The notes beneath the pieces were generated by a model, which was given only the letters and a program-made list of their open reading frames with translations, was not told where the DNA came from and searched no databases. This document shows, in pieces, positions 21,829 to 33,552 of a stretch of DNA of 64,000 bases. The stretch is from Tubulanus polymorphus (lineage: Eukaryota; Animalia; Nemertea), in NCBI RefSeq assembly GCF_964204645.1, contig NC_134029.1, positions 14,038,850 to 14,102,849 of the forward strand, read 5' to 3'. Positions within the stretch are counted from its first letter, which is position 1. Every line of letters starts with the position of its first letter. Position numbers and translations under genes: made by a program.

Positions 21829-22839
21829 TACGGAAGCCCCTAGGTGGCATACGAGATAATTTTTGGTTTACCTTTGTCAGCGATATGATGTTGGCATTGA
21901 GCCAATTCATGTAAAATCGCAGTATATTTTTTTATGTGAGCATTTGTTTCATTGGTTCTCGGCTTAAATGACATGTAGTATAATCGATGCGATTGAAGAC
22001 ATGGCGAACCTCCCGTCGATGACATGGTCAACTGACTAAAAATTCTACGAAAAACTTTTTTTGGTGGGAAAAATCTTAGCTCTCGCGTATAAAATTGCAA
22101 TCACCTCAATTTGGGGGTGTCGTCTCTACGAGCGAATGGGATTGGCTGTTTTTGGGATATACGGTGAATTCCGGCGCTACTAAAATAATTATGGGAAAGC
22201 CATAGAATGGCGTACGTTTCATTGGACTAGATGCCGTATACGTGCGAATTTCAAATGCTCATTGCTGGTGAGGATGTAATTATTTCACAAATCCGCCACA
22301 GGTATTGTTTCATTGTAATACCCGGTGGTTGTTTTGATTGACATTGAGGTGTCAGCGAATATTCACGGGCCTCCACGTGCATGCGGAGTGCTACACCACA
22401 CACACACAAGCTCGTACAGTACACTACTAAGGGTGATGCTGTAACGTGTGCACGTTTGACATGAAAATAGGCTGAATAATCGTAGCAGAAGATGAGCGCT
22501 GTGTATTCATTTCGATAGAATTTGTAATAAATTGTAATTTCTTGTGACCTGAGAATACTAAGCAGCAAACTATAAGGTCCGTCAAGGTCTGAATATTGTA
22601 TTGGTAAATTCCAGGATTTAAAACGATCTTATAGCTGATTCTGTACCGGTATTTTAGCTTCCACGGCCAACATTGGAAGAGGTTTCCAAGACCCAATATT
22701 CAGCCACCCAAAATAATAAATTCTACTTATTATGTCAAATTTCGAGATAACAAGACGAAATTCGAGATAAGTCGAAATTCGACTTAACAAGTCGAAATTG
22801 TGAAAAAATTATTCCGTATGTCACCTAGGGGCTTCCATA
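21829..22839. mobile_element. TIR MITE (IS3EU-like TAY..RTA ends) containing a family B copy (~21859-22710)
   Basis: TIR tacggaagcccctaggtggcatacg/cgtatgtcacctaggggcttccata; near-perfect 6-bp flanks tgtagg/agtagg; ttcgagataa sub-repeats. Confidence 0.7.
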
Positions 22840-22905
22840 AGTAGGTGCTCCCTGTTGAAGGTTGAGATTTCCCTTTATTAAATGTTCTAATACTCTTTGC
22901 TCCAG

Positions 22906-23022
22906 TTGTCGTCTGCTAAAAAACAGTTGGAAGAATTGCATAAAGTTGCGCAAGATAGTAATATCTTGTCTGAGAAGGAGTCAATGATAACGGCATTAAA
23001 GGCTGAAGTTCATGCTTATAAG
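22906..23022 (+). CDS. Host gene exon (LSSAKKQLEELHKV...EVHAYK)
   Basis: ctccag|...aag|gtaaga; 117 bp, phase 0 to 0; not in the ORF track. Confidence 0.85.
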
Positions 23023-23948
23023 GTAAGAGGAATCAGCGGCTTTTAATAATCATTGAGAATATGTGCCTAGATGACAGGTATTGTTAGAAAGTATTACTAT
23101 TACTGATAGGAATCCTTAGAGGAGTAAGGAACTCGGGCTAGAGTGCTGATGTGTAGGGGAAAAGGTATCAGTCTGACTTTTGGTTCTAGATACTTGACAT
23201 TGCGGAGGAAATCATCAGTGTTTGTTTAAAGGGTGGAATTTTCTTATACATGAATATTGAACACAAATACTTATAGTGCAGTATGTATGTGTGTATGCAT
23301 GTAACCTTTAATGTTCACTCTACAAATCGTCTGTAGCAAATCATATTTAAACATATGTGCATGTGTAGTCAAATACACCAAAATGAGTTATTCTTTTTGA
23401 GTCATAGAAATTTTCCACTGCTGTCGACCAATTCAATCCAATATATGTATTACTGGAAGGAGGGACTTAATTATGGGGTCTGAGGGTAGGTCTAGGTAAA
23501 TGAAAACGAAGATCCGAAGAATACTAGAAGTATTGACTACCAATAGCTTCTACCATCTACGGGCGTTCAAGTGAGTTGCAGACCAGATGTTAACTTCATG
23601 AAAATAAAAATAAAACTTTTTCAATCAATTTCGTACGTTTTATTTTATAACTTCATTATTTTGATACATGATATCAAATTAATAATTGGCTGTTATTATG
23701 ACAAACAGTAAACAATCAATCGACACAGATTAGTTCACAGATTAAGCGCATTCATAGTCACATAATGCCCGTAATTGCCTGTATTTTGTTCTCCTTATCA
23801 AAACACACTAAGTGCACATCATAACTATAGCACTAAACGAGCACAATAAACTGTTCTGTCTATTAATACCTGGTACATATTCTATCCGTATTCAAATTCA
23901 CTATCATCATCATCCGATTGCCCGAACAATAAATTCCAATCGCCCAGA

Positions 23949-24997
23949 TTTTTGGTTTACCTTTGTCAGCAGTATGAGGTTGGCATTAAGCCAATTCATG
24001 TAAAATCGCGGTACGTTTTTTTATGTGAGCATTTTTTTCATTGGTTCTCGGGTTAAACGACGTATAATCAATGCGATTGAAGACATGACGAACCTCCGTC
24101 AATGACATGGTCAACTTTGTTTAAATTCGACGAAAAACAGTTTTTGGGGGGAAAATTCTTAGCTCTTGTGTTTAAAATTGCAATGACCTCGAGGCATTAA
24201 TGGCGAACGTTTCATTGGACTAGGTGCGGTATATGTGCGAATTTTAAATGCTCATTGCCGGTGAGAATATAATCATTTCACATATCGCCATAGGTATTGT
24301 TTCATTTTAATACCCGGTGATTGTGTTGATTGAGATTGAAGTGAAGTGAACGTTCACTACACAAGGCCTCCGAACGTGGTAGTGCTAGTGCACACAAACA
24401 CACGCTCATAGACTACTATATGGTGATGCTGTAACGCTGCTTGGCGCGTGCACGTTTGGTATGATAACAGGCTGAATAATCGTTGTAGTAGATGAGCGCT
24501 GTGTTTTCTGTTTGATAGAATATATAATAATTTGTAATTTCTTGTGACCTGAAAATACTAAGCAGCAAACTATAGGCATAGGTCGAGGTCTGAATATTGT
24601 GTAGTGGTAAATTCCAGGATTTAAAACGATCTAATGCTACGTCCCTGTGTATTAGCTTCCGCGGCCATACATTGGAAGAGGTTTCGTTTCCAAGACTCAA
24701 TATTCAGCCACCCTCTGATATGTGACATCATATGAATTTCTTTTGAATATTTTTTCATATTGTGAAAAATATTTTTTTGAAAATATAAAATAGTTTCCCT
24801 GCCGCGCGCCTACCTGATTTTGGACGTAGACCATGAATAAATGTTTATCTTTGGTCTTATTTGACTAAGATAAAATACAATATAAACTTCTAGAACTTTG
24901 AAGTCACGAATTGAAAAGACTTATCAAGCAATGCCCTTACTCCAAACAAACTCTAGCTTTCAAGGTAAACCACACTTTGCCAATGGACAATTTATTT
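23949..24997 (+). mobile_element. HINE-like family B, both ends present
   Basis: Subterminal IR tggtttacctt/aaggtaaacca, then 3' hairpin (ttgccaatggacaa here; ttgcccatgggcaa in the 32874 copy) and tttattt. Confidence 0.8.
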
Positions 24998-25374
24998 TAG
25001 TATGGATTCAGAATACCGTATTTTCCGGTGTACAAGTCGATCCGGTGTGTGAGTTACATAATTATTCTCGGTTTTGTAGTATTGAGATGGTTATTCCTCC
25101 TGGAAACGTTTCTTGGTAGATAAACAGTTCGGCCATTGTCGCACTCATAATTGCATTTTAGCCTAAAGTAGATTTATGTAATGATTCTGGTTGATTTTGA
25201 TGGCACATTGAGAAGGCTACTTGTTTTCAGTCAAATCTGCTGATTCCATTCTATTGAGATTTAGCCTATTGTTACCTAGAATGAGATGTTTCTAATTGTT
25301 GATTAGTACGACTAGATAGCATTCATCATGCTGCTTAGAATTGATGAAATCCTAATGATTTTGTTGTGTATTAG

Positions 25375-25545
25375 GATCAGCTGAAAAAGACCGAAAACTT
25401 GTATAAAGAAAGCGAAACTCATTACCATGAAGAACTAGATAGGCGTAAAGCATTAGCCAGTCAGGTCAATAAATTGACTGAAATGAAAAATTTACTCCAA
25501 CAGAAAGTGGATGAACGATCTGAAGATACCATCAATGAAAAACAG
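25375..25545 (+). CDS. Host gene exon (DQLKKTENLYKESE...TINEKQ)
   Basis: ttag|...cag|gtaaca; 171 bp, phase 0 to 0; heptad-like. Confidence 0.85.
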
Positions 25546-26149
25546 GTAACACCAGCTTTAATTGTTCGGTGATTGGAATCTAGGGTTTGAATCAACCAAA
25601 TTTTCCTTTTTGCCTTCGATGAATCTTGGACAATAGATATATTTACTTCGAATACATTCCCTGGGAAAATACACTATAGCCATATTGCTTTTGGCTAGGC
25701 AGATAACGCCCGAATCGACTTTTGGTAGGGGCGCCGTAACATAGCGCCATCTGGCGAGACGCCATCATCTTTTTGCTTGGCGCTTGTTCTCTAGAGAACG
25801 TGTTTCGGCAGTGCTCGTAAATCGGTTAAAATTCTTCGTGTTGGATCGGACATCCGTTCTAATTGATATAAGAAACAGACATAAGAGTGATTGATCTCGG
25901 AATAGAAGTCGAACTTCGGGTGAGATCGTTTTTAATTTATGCGCATTTCAACATTTTGCCACCGGTTTTCTACTTCCGGTTTCGCGGGAGCGCCGTGCTG
26001 TTTTCTTAGCGGCTCCTCCCGCCTTATATATTTAATAATTATCATTCAACGTAATTGATTTCCGTCTCATCATTCACGAAAATTAATAATCTGTACTAAA
26101 AATCGTATCAATAATTAACCCTTCATTTCAGCTTATTTTAGGGTTTAAC

Positions 26150-27963
26150 ATGTCGGATCACGACGTCTCCAGTTCCCCTAGGGGACCGAGATTTAAACGT
26201 TTGGGCAAGGTTGATACACCTTCTAAGACCCCAGCGTCCTCATCGGGCAAGGTTGATACACCTGAATGCCCGGATACTCGGAAACAGGGCAATGATCCGG
26301 GACGATCCGTGTCTAGGTCCAGGTCCCGATCGAGATTTAGTCGGTCCGACTCTTCGTCTCCTACTAGACGTAGGCACCAGCGCTCTAATAAAAAACGACG
26401 TCGTTCACCGTCTGACCCCAGCTCTGGGTCAAGGTCTCGTTCTAGGTCCCGTTCTAGAGTAAGTCGAACCTATTCTCCGTCACCTACCAGGCGTAGGCAC
26501 AAGCGTGCTCATAAGCAACAACGTCGTCGCTCACGTTCTAGATCACCGGCTGATAAGCCGTCTGACTCTAGTGACATCAAGAATATGCTAGCGATTTTCT
26601 CGCAGGAGATCGCTTCCCTTAAGGAACAACTAAAATGTAAGGAACCCCCGGGCCCCAAGCCTCCATCAGTGCCGACAGGGCTGTCCTGCAACCCAACAAA
26701 TGGGTTGGTGTTGGATGATGTCAACGATTTCTCTGACGAGGAAAAATCTCGTGATCCAGAAGATCCTGGTCTATCCAGGGACGGAGACATGCACAGATCG
26801 TGCTCTCCGTCACCATCCACAATGGAAGAGACGGGAGACATTCCATTCAAGGACTTAGTAAAAGAAGTTTTCTCCCGGTACGAAGGTACCAAGGCCAAAC
26901 CTAAAACAACCCAGCCTAGAGGGTCGGCCGCCAAAATCTTCAGTCCATCCGATGACACCGAAGAGTTAGTTTTAGCACCACATTCTGCATATAGAGAAGA
27001 ATGGCGTGAGACTTTGGACACGACACTGTGGGGTGGTAAGCGTACAGACAATACTTGGTCTTATCCTCCATTAGAGGCAGGCATGAAGGATTCAAAATTT
27101 TTCTCTCCGTTGTATCCTCCCATATCGGGGTACAAGACTTATTATTACGCCACACCAGGTGCTGATGATCCCGGATTCAAACCACACTTTGAGTTAGACT
27201 CCGATGGGTCAACCACGATAGGACTACCCAAAAAACTACCGCCCTCCTACACTTTACCAAAACAAGCAATGGGAGCGTTGAACCAATTAGCTCGTAGCAT
27301 TTGTCAAATCGCGTCTTTCCAAGACATTTCATTGGTTGCCATGCACGGCGAGTTAGAAAAAGTAAAGTCTCAACTAGTCCAGGATAATCCGGATCCAGAG
27401 ACAATGTCCGAACACGTGGCGACCATAGAGAGAATTCTACAGTCCATGGCCAAGGCGTTGTGTCACCAAGTACCTTTGGGTATAAGGATCCAGGCTAACC
27501 TAGCCTTGATCAATAGATATAGCTTGTTGGCCGACTCCAAACTTCCAGAACCGGTGAAAGTAGCTCTATACAGAGCACCGCTGGGCAATTCCTCACGGGT
27601 TTTCCCTGGATGCTGCGCATCCGCCGATGCGGAGCCACCAAGATCAGAGAATCTCAGGCTAAGGCCGGTAGGCAGTCATGGAAGACATCAAAAAAGCCTA
27701 GTTATTACGCCGGCAACTCTACCTACAGAAACTCACCGGCAAATCAGCCCGGATACAATCAATCTCAAGTCAACAGCAAATTAAGCTACAAAAAAGCGGG
27801 TTGGACAAGCTCCAAGGGAGCTCAAAGCGACAACAATAACAATTTGAACTATGTCAGTTATTCTCAAAGTTCTTACAGTGACAATCCCCAAAGGGGTAGG
27901 GCTAGATTACGTAGGGGCCTCAATCGACCCTTTCGTGGCCGCGCCAACACAGGTTCCCGTTGA
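26150..27963 (+). pseudogene. DIRS gag (RS-rich N-terminus, RG-rich C-terminus), probable frameshift near 27634
   Basis: ORF 26150-27784 plus overlapping ORF 27610-27963; one added base at gag|ccaccaag would join them (DAE-ATKIRESQAK). Confidence 0.75.
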
Positions 27964-29800
27964 AGATGTCAGGCCAGTGGGCTCTTGCCTTCAAGACGCC
28001 TCTTCCCACTGGCTAGAAAAATTTGGTGACACTTGGGCTACAAAGATCGTTTCCAAAGGATACCGACTGAAATTCGTTCACAAACCGCATCTATCTCATC
28101 AGCCGGTGGAAATGAGGCCGAAGTGGGGGCAGGAGTCCCACGTTATGCCAGCGATCAACGAGATGATTTTAAAAAGATCGCTGGAAGAAATCCCTCTAGG
28201 ATCCCCGGGATGGTATTCAAGAATTTTCACCGTCCCAAAATCATCTGGGGGCTTAAGGACGGCAATAGATCTGTCAGCTCTAAATCGTTATATCATAGCT
28301 CCAAAATTCAAGCTAACAACACCCAAGGAGGTGATTCAGGGGTTGGAGCCAGGCCAATGGGCAGCATCCATAGATCTGAGGGATGCATACCTACAAGTAC
28401 CAATACACAGGAACTCAAGAAAGTATTTAAGAGTTCATTGGAGGGGAAGAACATACCATTTTCGGTCTCTGCCCTTCGGCCTGAGTTCAGCCCCTTGGGT
28501 CTACACCAAACTTGTCAAAAGGATTCAGAAACACCTTCAGTCGAAGGGAGTTCGCATTTTCTGTTACCTGGACGATTGGCTGGTTGTGGCAAATTCGAAA
28601 GCAGAGTGCAAGGAAGCCTTAGACAAGACACTGGCCATGATCCGTCAATTAGGTTTCATAGTGAATTTAGAGAAGTCCCAGTTGAGCCCCTCTCAAAGGT
28701 TCACGTACCTAGGTATGCACTTCGACCTGACGCAGGCCTTAGTCAGACCAGCACAGGCCAGAGTTCAGAAGCTGAGGGAGGCAGTTCTCGGTCTCCTGAC
28801 GGGGGCGCCCAGATCGGCTCGGTCCTGGTCCCAGGTTTTGGGCCAGATGAGTTCCGTTGCACTCGTAGTTCCGCTTGGTCGTTTACACAGCCGTTCTCTT
28901 CAAAGATTCTGGAAGCAAGCTTGGAGATCGGTAGGGGAAGAGTGGGATACCTTATTGCCGGTACCACCAGTGAACCTAATCCCCGACCTCGAGTGGTGGA
29001 CTCTCGCGCAGAACTTGACAAGAGGCACCTCCCTAGCACCCTTGAAGGCCCCGATTCATCTATTCACGGATGCCAGCCATCAGGGCTGGGGAGCACATGT
29101 AGAAGGTTTTCAGAAAGCCGGGAACTGGTCTCGAGCAGAGGCTCATCTCCACATAAATCACCTGGAACTGTTAGCGGTTCAAAAGGCCTTCAAACACTTC
29201 AAAAGGAGGTTAGGGGGTCATCATGTGTGGCTGTCAACGGACAACTCCACAGTAAAGGCTTATTTGCTCAACCAGGTGGGGACCAGGTCCCCAACATTAT
29301 CCAACTTAGCAGCTCAGATTCTGACCTGGGTACAGGCTCAAGGGATGATTCTTTCGGTTTCCCACCTGGCGGGCATCCTGAATGTGGTGGCCGACGCTCT
29401 GTCTCGCCAAGACAAGCCAGTAGCCACCGAGTGGACATTGGCAGTCAGGGTAGCCAATCAAGTCCGGGCCCTGATGGGAAGTCCGAACGTGGACCTGTTT
29501 GCCACTCGCTTCAACACGAGGTGTCCGGTGTTTGTGTCCCCATTTCAAGACGACTTGGCGTGGGGGGTGGACGCTCTATCTCTGAGTTGGGACAACCTGC
29601 TGGCTTATGCCTTTCCCCCCACTCCCCTACTCAATCGAGTGTTGGAGAAGATAGAGGGGGCAGTCAACTGTCAAGTGGTCTTAGTGGCTCCCAGTTGGCC
29701 GACTCAGACATGGTTCGTCAGACTCCTGCATCTACTGGTGGACTTCCCTCGCACTCTGCCCAATTACCCCGGGTTACTGTCCCAGGGACGGTTCAAGTAA
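27851..29800 (+). CDS. DIRS ORF2: reverse transcriptase, RNase H and adenine-methyltransferase-like domain
   Basis: IDLRDAYLQVPI, LPFGLSSAP, YLDDW (RT); TDASHQGWG, HINHLELLAV, TDNSTV, ADALSR (RH); DLFATRFN, YAFPP (MT). The TAA at 29798 looks premature because the typical LHAWxLS end follows in the same frame. Confidence 0.93.
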   Translation: MSVILKVLTVTIPKGVGLDYVGASIDPFVAAPTQVPVEDVRPVGSCLQDASSHWLEKFGDTWATKIVSKGYRLKFVHKPHLSHQPVEMRPKWGQESHVMPAINEMILKRSLEEIPLGSPGWYSRIFTVPKSSGGLRTAIDLSALNRYIIAPKFKLTTPKEVIQGLEPGQWAASIDLRDAYLQVPIHRNSRKYLRVHWRGRTYHFRSLPFGLSSAPWVYTKLVKRIQKHLQSKGVRIFCYLDDWLVVANSKAECKEALDKTLAMIRQLGFIVNLEKSQLSPSQRFTYLGMHFDLTQALVRPAQARVQKLREAVLGLLTGAPRSARSWSQVLGQMSSVALVVPLGRLHSRSLQRFWKQAWRSVGEEWDTLLPVPPVNLIPDLEWWTLAQNLTRGTSLAPLKAPIHLFTDASHQGWGAHVEGFQKAGNWSRAEAHLHINHLELLAVQKAFKHFKRRLGGHHVWLSTDNSTVKAYLLNQVGTRSPTLSNLAAQILTWVQAQGMILSVSHLAGILNVVADALSRQDKPVATEWTLAVRVANQVRALMGSPNVDLFATRFNTRCPVFVSPFQDDLAWGVDALSLSWDNLLAYAFPPTPLLNRVLEKIEGAVNCQVVLVAPSWPTQTWFVRLLHLLVDFPRTLPNYPGLLSQGRFK

Positions 29801-30937
29801 CACCCAAATCAATTCCAATTGAATCTACACGCCTGGCCATTGTCAAGCGACAGCTTTCAAACCAAGGAATTTCTTCGGGGGCAGCCAGATTTATCGTGGA
29901 ATCCAAACGTCCCTCTACCGGAGCATTGTACGATTCCAAATGGGAATGTTACTCCGATTGGTGTAATAGGAGAGCGGTGGATTCTCCACCCCTCTGTGTC
30001 AGAGTTAATAGATTTTTTCTATTTCCTGTTCGAAGAGAAGAATAGACAGGTTATAACCAGATCAGCAATAGGGCATACTTTTCGTTCAGCGGGCGTCCCT
30101 GTAGTGACGGAGGATGTGAAAATAGCTCAATTGATATCAGGTTTTGGGGTTAAGAGACCCAAACAGGTTTCAGATATCCCGCCATGGGACTTAACAGTGG
30201 TTCTTAGAGCGCTTATGATCACTCCCTTCGAGCCTATCCGCAATACTACCCTGTCAGACTTATCTAAGAAAACGGTGTTCTTACTGTTCTTAGCAATGGC
30301 CGCGAGGCGTTCGGAGGTTCATGCTTTATCGATGCGTCCGGGTCATATTTCCTTTGGTCCACAAGATAGGTTTGTCATTTTAAGGCCTGGTCTTAGTTAC
30401 ATTGCCAAGAATCAAAAGGCTTCCGTAGCAGCCAGATCTTGGAAGATCGAGGCTTTGACGCATAGGGTATCTCACGATCTTCCTGATACGTCGCTCTGTC
30501 CAGTAAGAGCTTTAAAGGAGTACCTAGAGAGGACACTTCCCCACAGACAAGATAGGGAGAGGCTCTTTATTCCTCTCCGACAAGGGGATAAGAGAGATAT
30601 CTCAAGGGACACAATCGCTAGATGGATTGTATCTTTAATTAAAGAAACTCTGCATTCTCAGGGGGCCCAGGCTCCGCTCGGGATACATTCTCATCAGGTG
30701 AGGGCATTAGCCACATCCTGGTCATTATTCACGGGGGCTTCCTTGGAACAGGTTTGTCGTTCAGCCTTCTGGACGTCTCCATCTACCTTCTCGTCATTTT
30801 ATTTGAAGGACGTTTCTGGACAGTTAGGCTCACTGTCCACGTTGGGTCCAATTGTTACTGCACAACGAATAAGCGTACAAAAACCCAAAAAACATCAGGC
30901 CCAGTTAGACCTTTTTAAACCAGGTCCTGGGGATTAA
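28033..30937 (+). pseudogene. DIRS ORF3 tyrosine recombinase with long N-terminal overlap of ORF2; frameshift near 29985
   Basis: Frame 28033-30045 ends in the YR N-terminal motif RPSTGALYDSKW; frame 29819-30937 holds the catalytic ARRSE, KNQ, CPVRAL, HSHQVRA and W..PSTF..FY motifs. Confidence 0.88.
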
Positions 30938-31119
30938 AGGGTTTCTTCTGTATTCAACTATAAGAAAGTTGATGTATATAAGTTGTGGGCATCTTTTACA
31001 GGGCCTAGGTTACCTTAAGACAGTTAGTGGTAAGGGTCCCTTTTGTTATAGGTATTGAGTTTAGACATGAATCATGATTTCATTTATATAGCCTGGGCAA
31101 GGCTGCGTCTAGAGTTAAG

Positions 31120-31650
31120 TTTTTGGTTTACCTTTGTCAGCGATATGATGTTGGCATTGAGCCAATTCATGTAAAATCGCGGTACGTTTTTTTATGTGAG
31201 CATTTGTTTCATTGGTTCTCGGCTTAAAAGACGTATAATCGATGCGATTGAAGACATGGCGAACCTCCGTCGATGACATGGTCAACTGAGTTAAAATTCT
31301 ACGAAAAACTGTTTTTGGCGGGAAAATTCTTAGCTCTCGCGTATAAAATTGCAATGACCTCGATTGGGGGGGCGTTGTCTCTACGAACAAATGGGATTGT
31401 TTTTTGGATATACGGGGAATTCCGGCGCTACTAAAATTATGGGAAAGCCATAGAATGGTGTACGTTTCATTGGACTAGGTGCCGTATACGTGCCGATTTC
31501 AAATGCTCATTGCTGGTGAGGATGTAATTATTTCACTCATCTGCCATAGGTATTGTTTCATTTTAATACCCGGTGATTGTTTTGATTGACATTGAGGTGT
31601 AAGCGAATATTCACTTACACGAGGCCTCCACATGCACGCGGAGTGCTACA

Positions 31651-31694
<44 letters not shown>

Positions 31695-32874
31695 GCTCGT
31701 ACAGTACACTACGGTGATGCTGTAACGCGTGAACGTTTGATATGAAAATAGGCTGAATAATCATAGCAGAAGATGAGCGCTGTGTTTTCTGTTCGATAGA
31801 ATTTGTAATAAATTGTAATTTCTTGTGACCTGAAAATACTAAGCAGCAAAATAAAAGGTCTGTCGAGGTCTGAATATTGTAGTGGTAAATTCCAGGACTT
31901 AAAACGATCTAATAGCCGATTTCTTCTGTACCACCGATATTTTAGCTTCCGTGGCCAACATTGGAAGAGGTTTCCAAGACCCAATATTCAGCCACCCTCT
32001 GATATGTGATGAATTTTAGGCCATCCCAAAATAATGGTCTGTTTGCCGTAACCCGACCAACCTGACTTCAGAGGTACCGAGTGAAAACTTTTTTCTAGGA
32101 TTCATTGAAATAAATTTTATTTTTGATAAAAACAGCCGACCGACTATGAGCTACGTATGTTTGAATTCTAGTGTGCATGGTGTGAAAACATGCCTTGACA
32201 TGTGGCCTAGTTTAAGTTTCCAGGAAACTGGCAGTGTTCCAATAAGCTGCCATTCATTCTAATAGTGACTAAAGTGACTGAATAGCTGGTAACGTGAAAG
32301 CGCGCACATATTCAATGTACCGTTTCATTTTTAAGACAGAGATGACGCTCTGGACGAAGTTATAATTTTAGAATAATTCTTGAAATCTACGCTATTAGAC
32401 AAATTTCCTGTGCGCAACGTAGATGATTTTTTGCGATATTGTTTTCATGTAAAAAAGCCCAAAGGTGAAAAATTTGTTTTTTTTTTGCCCAAAAATTTTG
32501 CAAAAAAAAAATTCTACCTACCTACCGACTCATCCTGAAAAGTTGAGTCGGTGTTGCAGCAAACAGACAATTATTTTGGGATGGCCTTATTTGAATATTT
32601 TTTCATATTATATTAAACATATTTTTTTGAAAATATAAAATAGTTTCCCTGCCGTGCCTACCTGTACCCTACAAACTTTTAGACGTGGACCGCAAACAAA
32701 TGTATATCTTTGGTCTTATTTGACTACAAAATAATTCTTTAGGAAAGATAAAATACAATATAAACTGTGGATCTTTGAAGTCACGAATTAAAAAGATTTT
32801 TCAAGCAATGCCCTTACTCCAAACAACCTCTAGCTTTCAAGGTAAACCACACTTTGCCCATGGGCAATTTATTT
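31120..32874 (+). mobile_element. HINE family B full copy in the DIRS 3' non-coding region
   Basis: Both subterminal IRs and the 3' hairpin present; T-rich site with no TSD; (ca)n expansion ~31652-31693. Confidence 0.85.
32019..32586. mobile_element. PIF/Harbinger (Tourist-like) MITE nested in family B
   Basis: TIR ggccatcccaaaataat..gtctgtttgc; TTA TSD; empty site gaattttatttgaat seen in the family B copy at ~8464. Confidence 0.88.
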
Positions 32875-33135
32875 ACCTACTGGTTTAGGTTAATATCGAG
32901 GTAATGGCAGTCAGTGCCTTACTAAGGTATCCGGGAGTCAGTTGACACTGGGTTGTTTGATTTCCTTTTTTTCGACTCAAACGTAGCAGGGTCACGGTAG
33001 CTCCCTGATTTTTGGTTTCCCACTGGCTCACCTGGGGTTTGTTGCGGTTTTCTGCAGAGAGTTTTAGGGTGAGTGTAAGTGTAGTGAATTTAAATCGACT
33101 TTTGGTCGCCTCCCTCCTCCATTCTTTGGGATTCT

Positions 33136-33234
33136 GGCTATAGTGTATTTTCCCAGGGAATGTATTCGAAGTAAATATTACAATTTTGTTCAAAAATTTG
33201 TATTTACGAGGAATACTTACCTGGGAAAATACAC
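33136..33234. repeat. DIRS internal complementary region (ICR)
   Basis: First part is the reverse complement of 25639-25681; second part is the reverse complement of ~33384-33441. Confidence 0.9.
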
Positions 33235-33552
33235 GGGTATTCCCACCCAGCCGTCCCCCAGGCGATTGAGGGATTATTGGCGCAAAAAGATGATGGCGTC
33301 TCGCCAGATGGCGCTATGTTACGGCGCCCCTACCAAAAGTCGATTCGGGCGTTATCTGCCTAGCCAAAAGCAATATGGCTATAGTGTATTTTCCCAGGTA
33401 AGTATTCCTCGTAAATACCAATTTTTGAACAAAATTGTAATTTTTTGCTGTACCTCGTCTGCATTCAAGATTGGTGTAGGTTTTAATACCATCAAAGATG
33501 ACAAACTGGCCGCAAACTTTGATTCCATGACACCGTCAAACATGGCTTACTA

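Larger units (their letters stand above)
25639..33441 (+). mobile_element. DIRS1-type tyrosine-recombinase retrotransposon, structurally complete but mutated
   Basis: Left ITR ~25639-25776; right ITR plus extension ~33283-33441; ICR ~33136-33234; gag, RT/RH/MT and YR ORFs; no TSD. Confidence 0.95.

Noticed and set aside
26509-27051. 180-aa antisense ORF (and similar ones at 14809-15120, 4275-4511, 28743-29039)
   Set aside because: Shadow frames opposite real coding sequence, with no recognisable motifs.
29819-30937. Phage integrase / prophage or bacterial contamination
   Set aside because: The recombinase sits with RT/RH, ITRs and an ICR, which defines a DIRS retrotransposon within a spliced host gene.
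31115-31390. Recurrent short ORFs (QFYTRELRIFPPK...) at 21840, 31115, 56393 and 58851 suggesting a gene family
   Set aside because: They are translations of the same non-coding family B repeat, with inconsistent starts and frames between copies.
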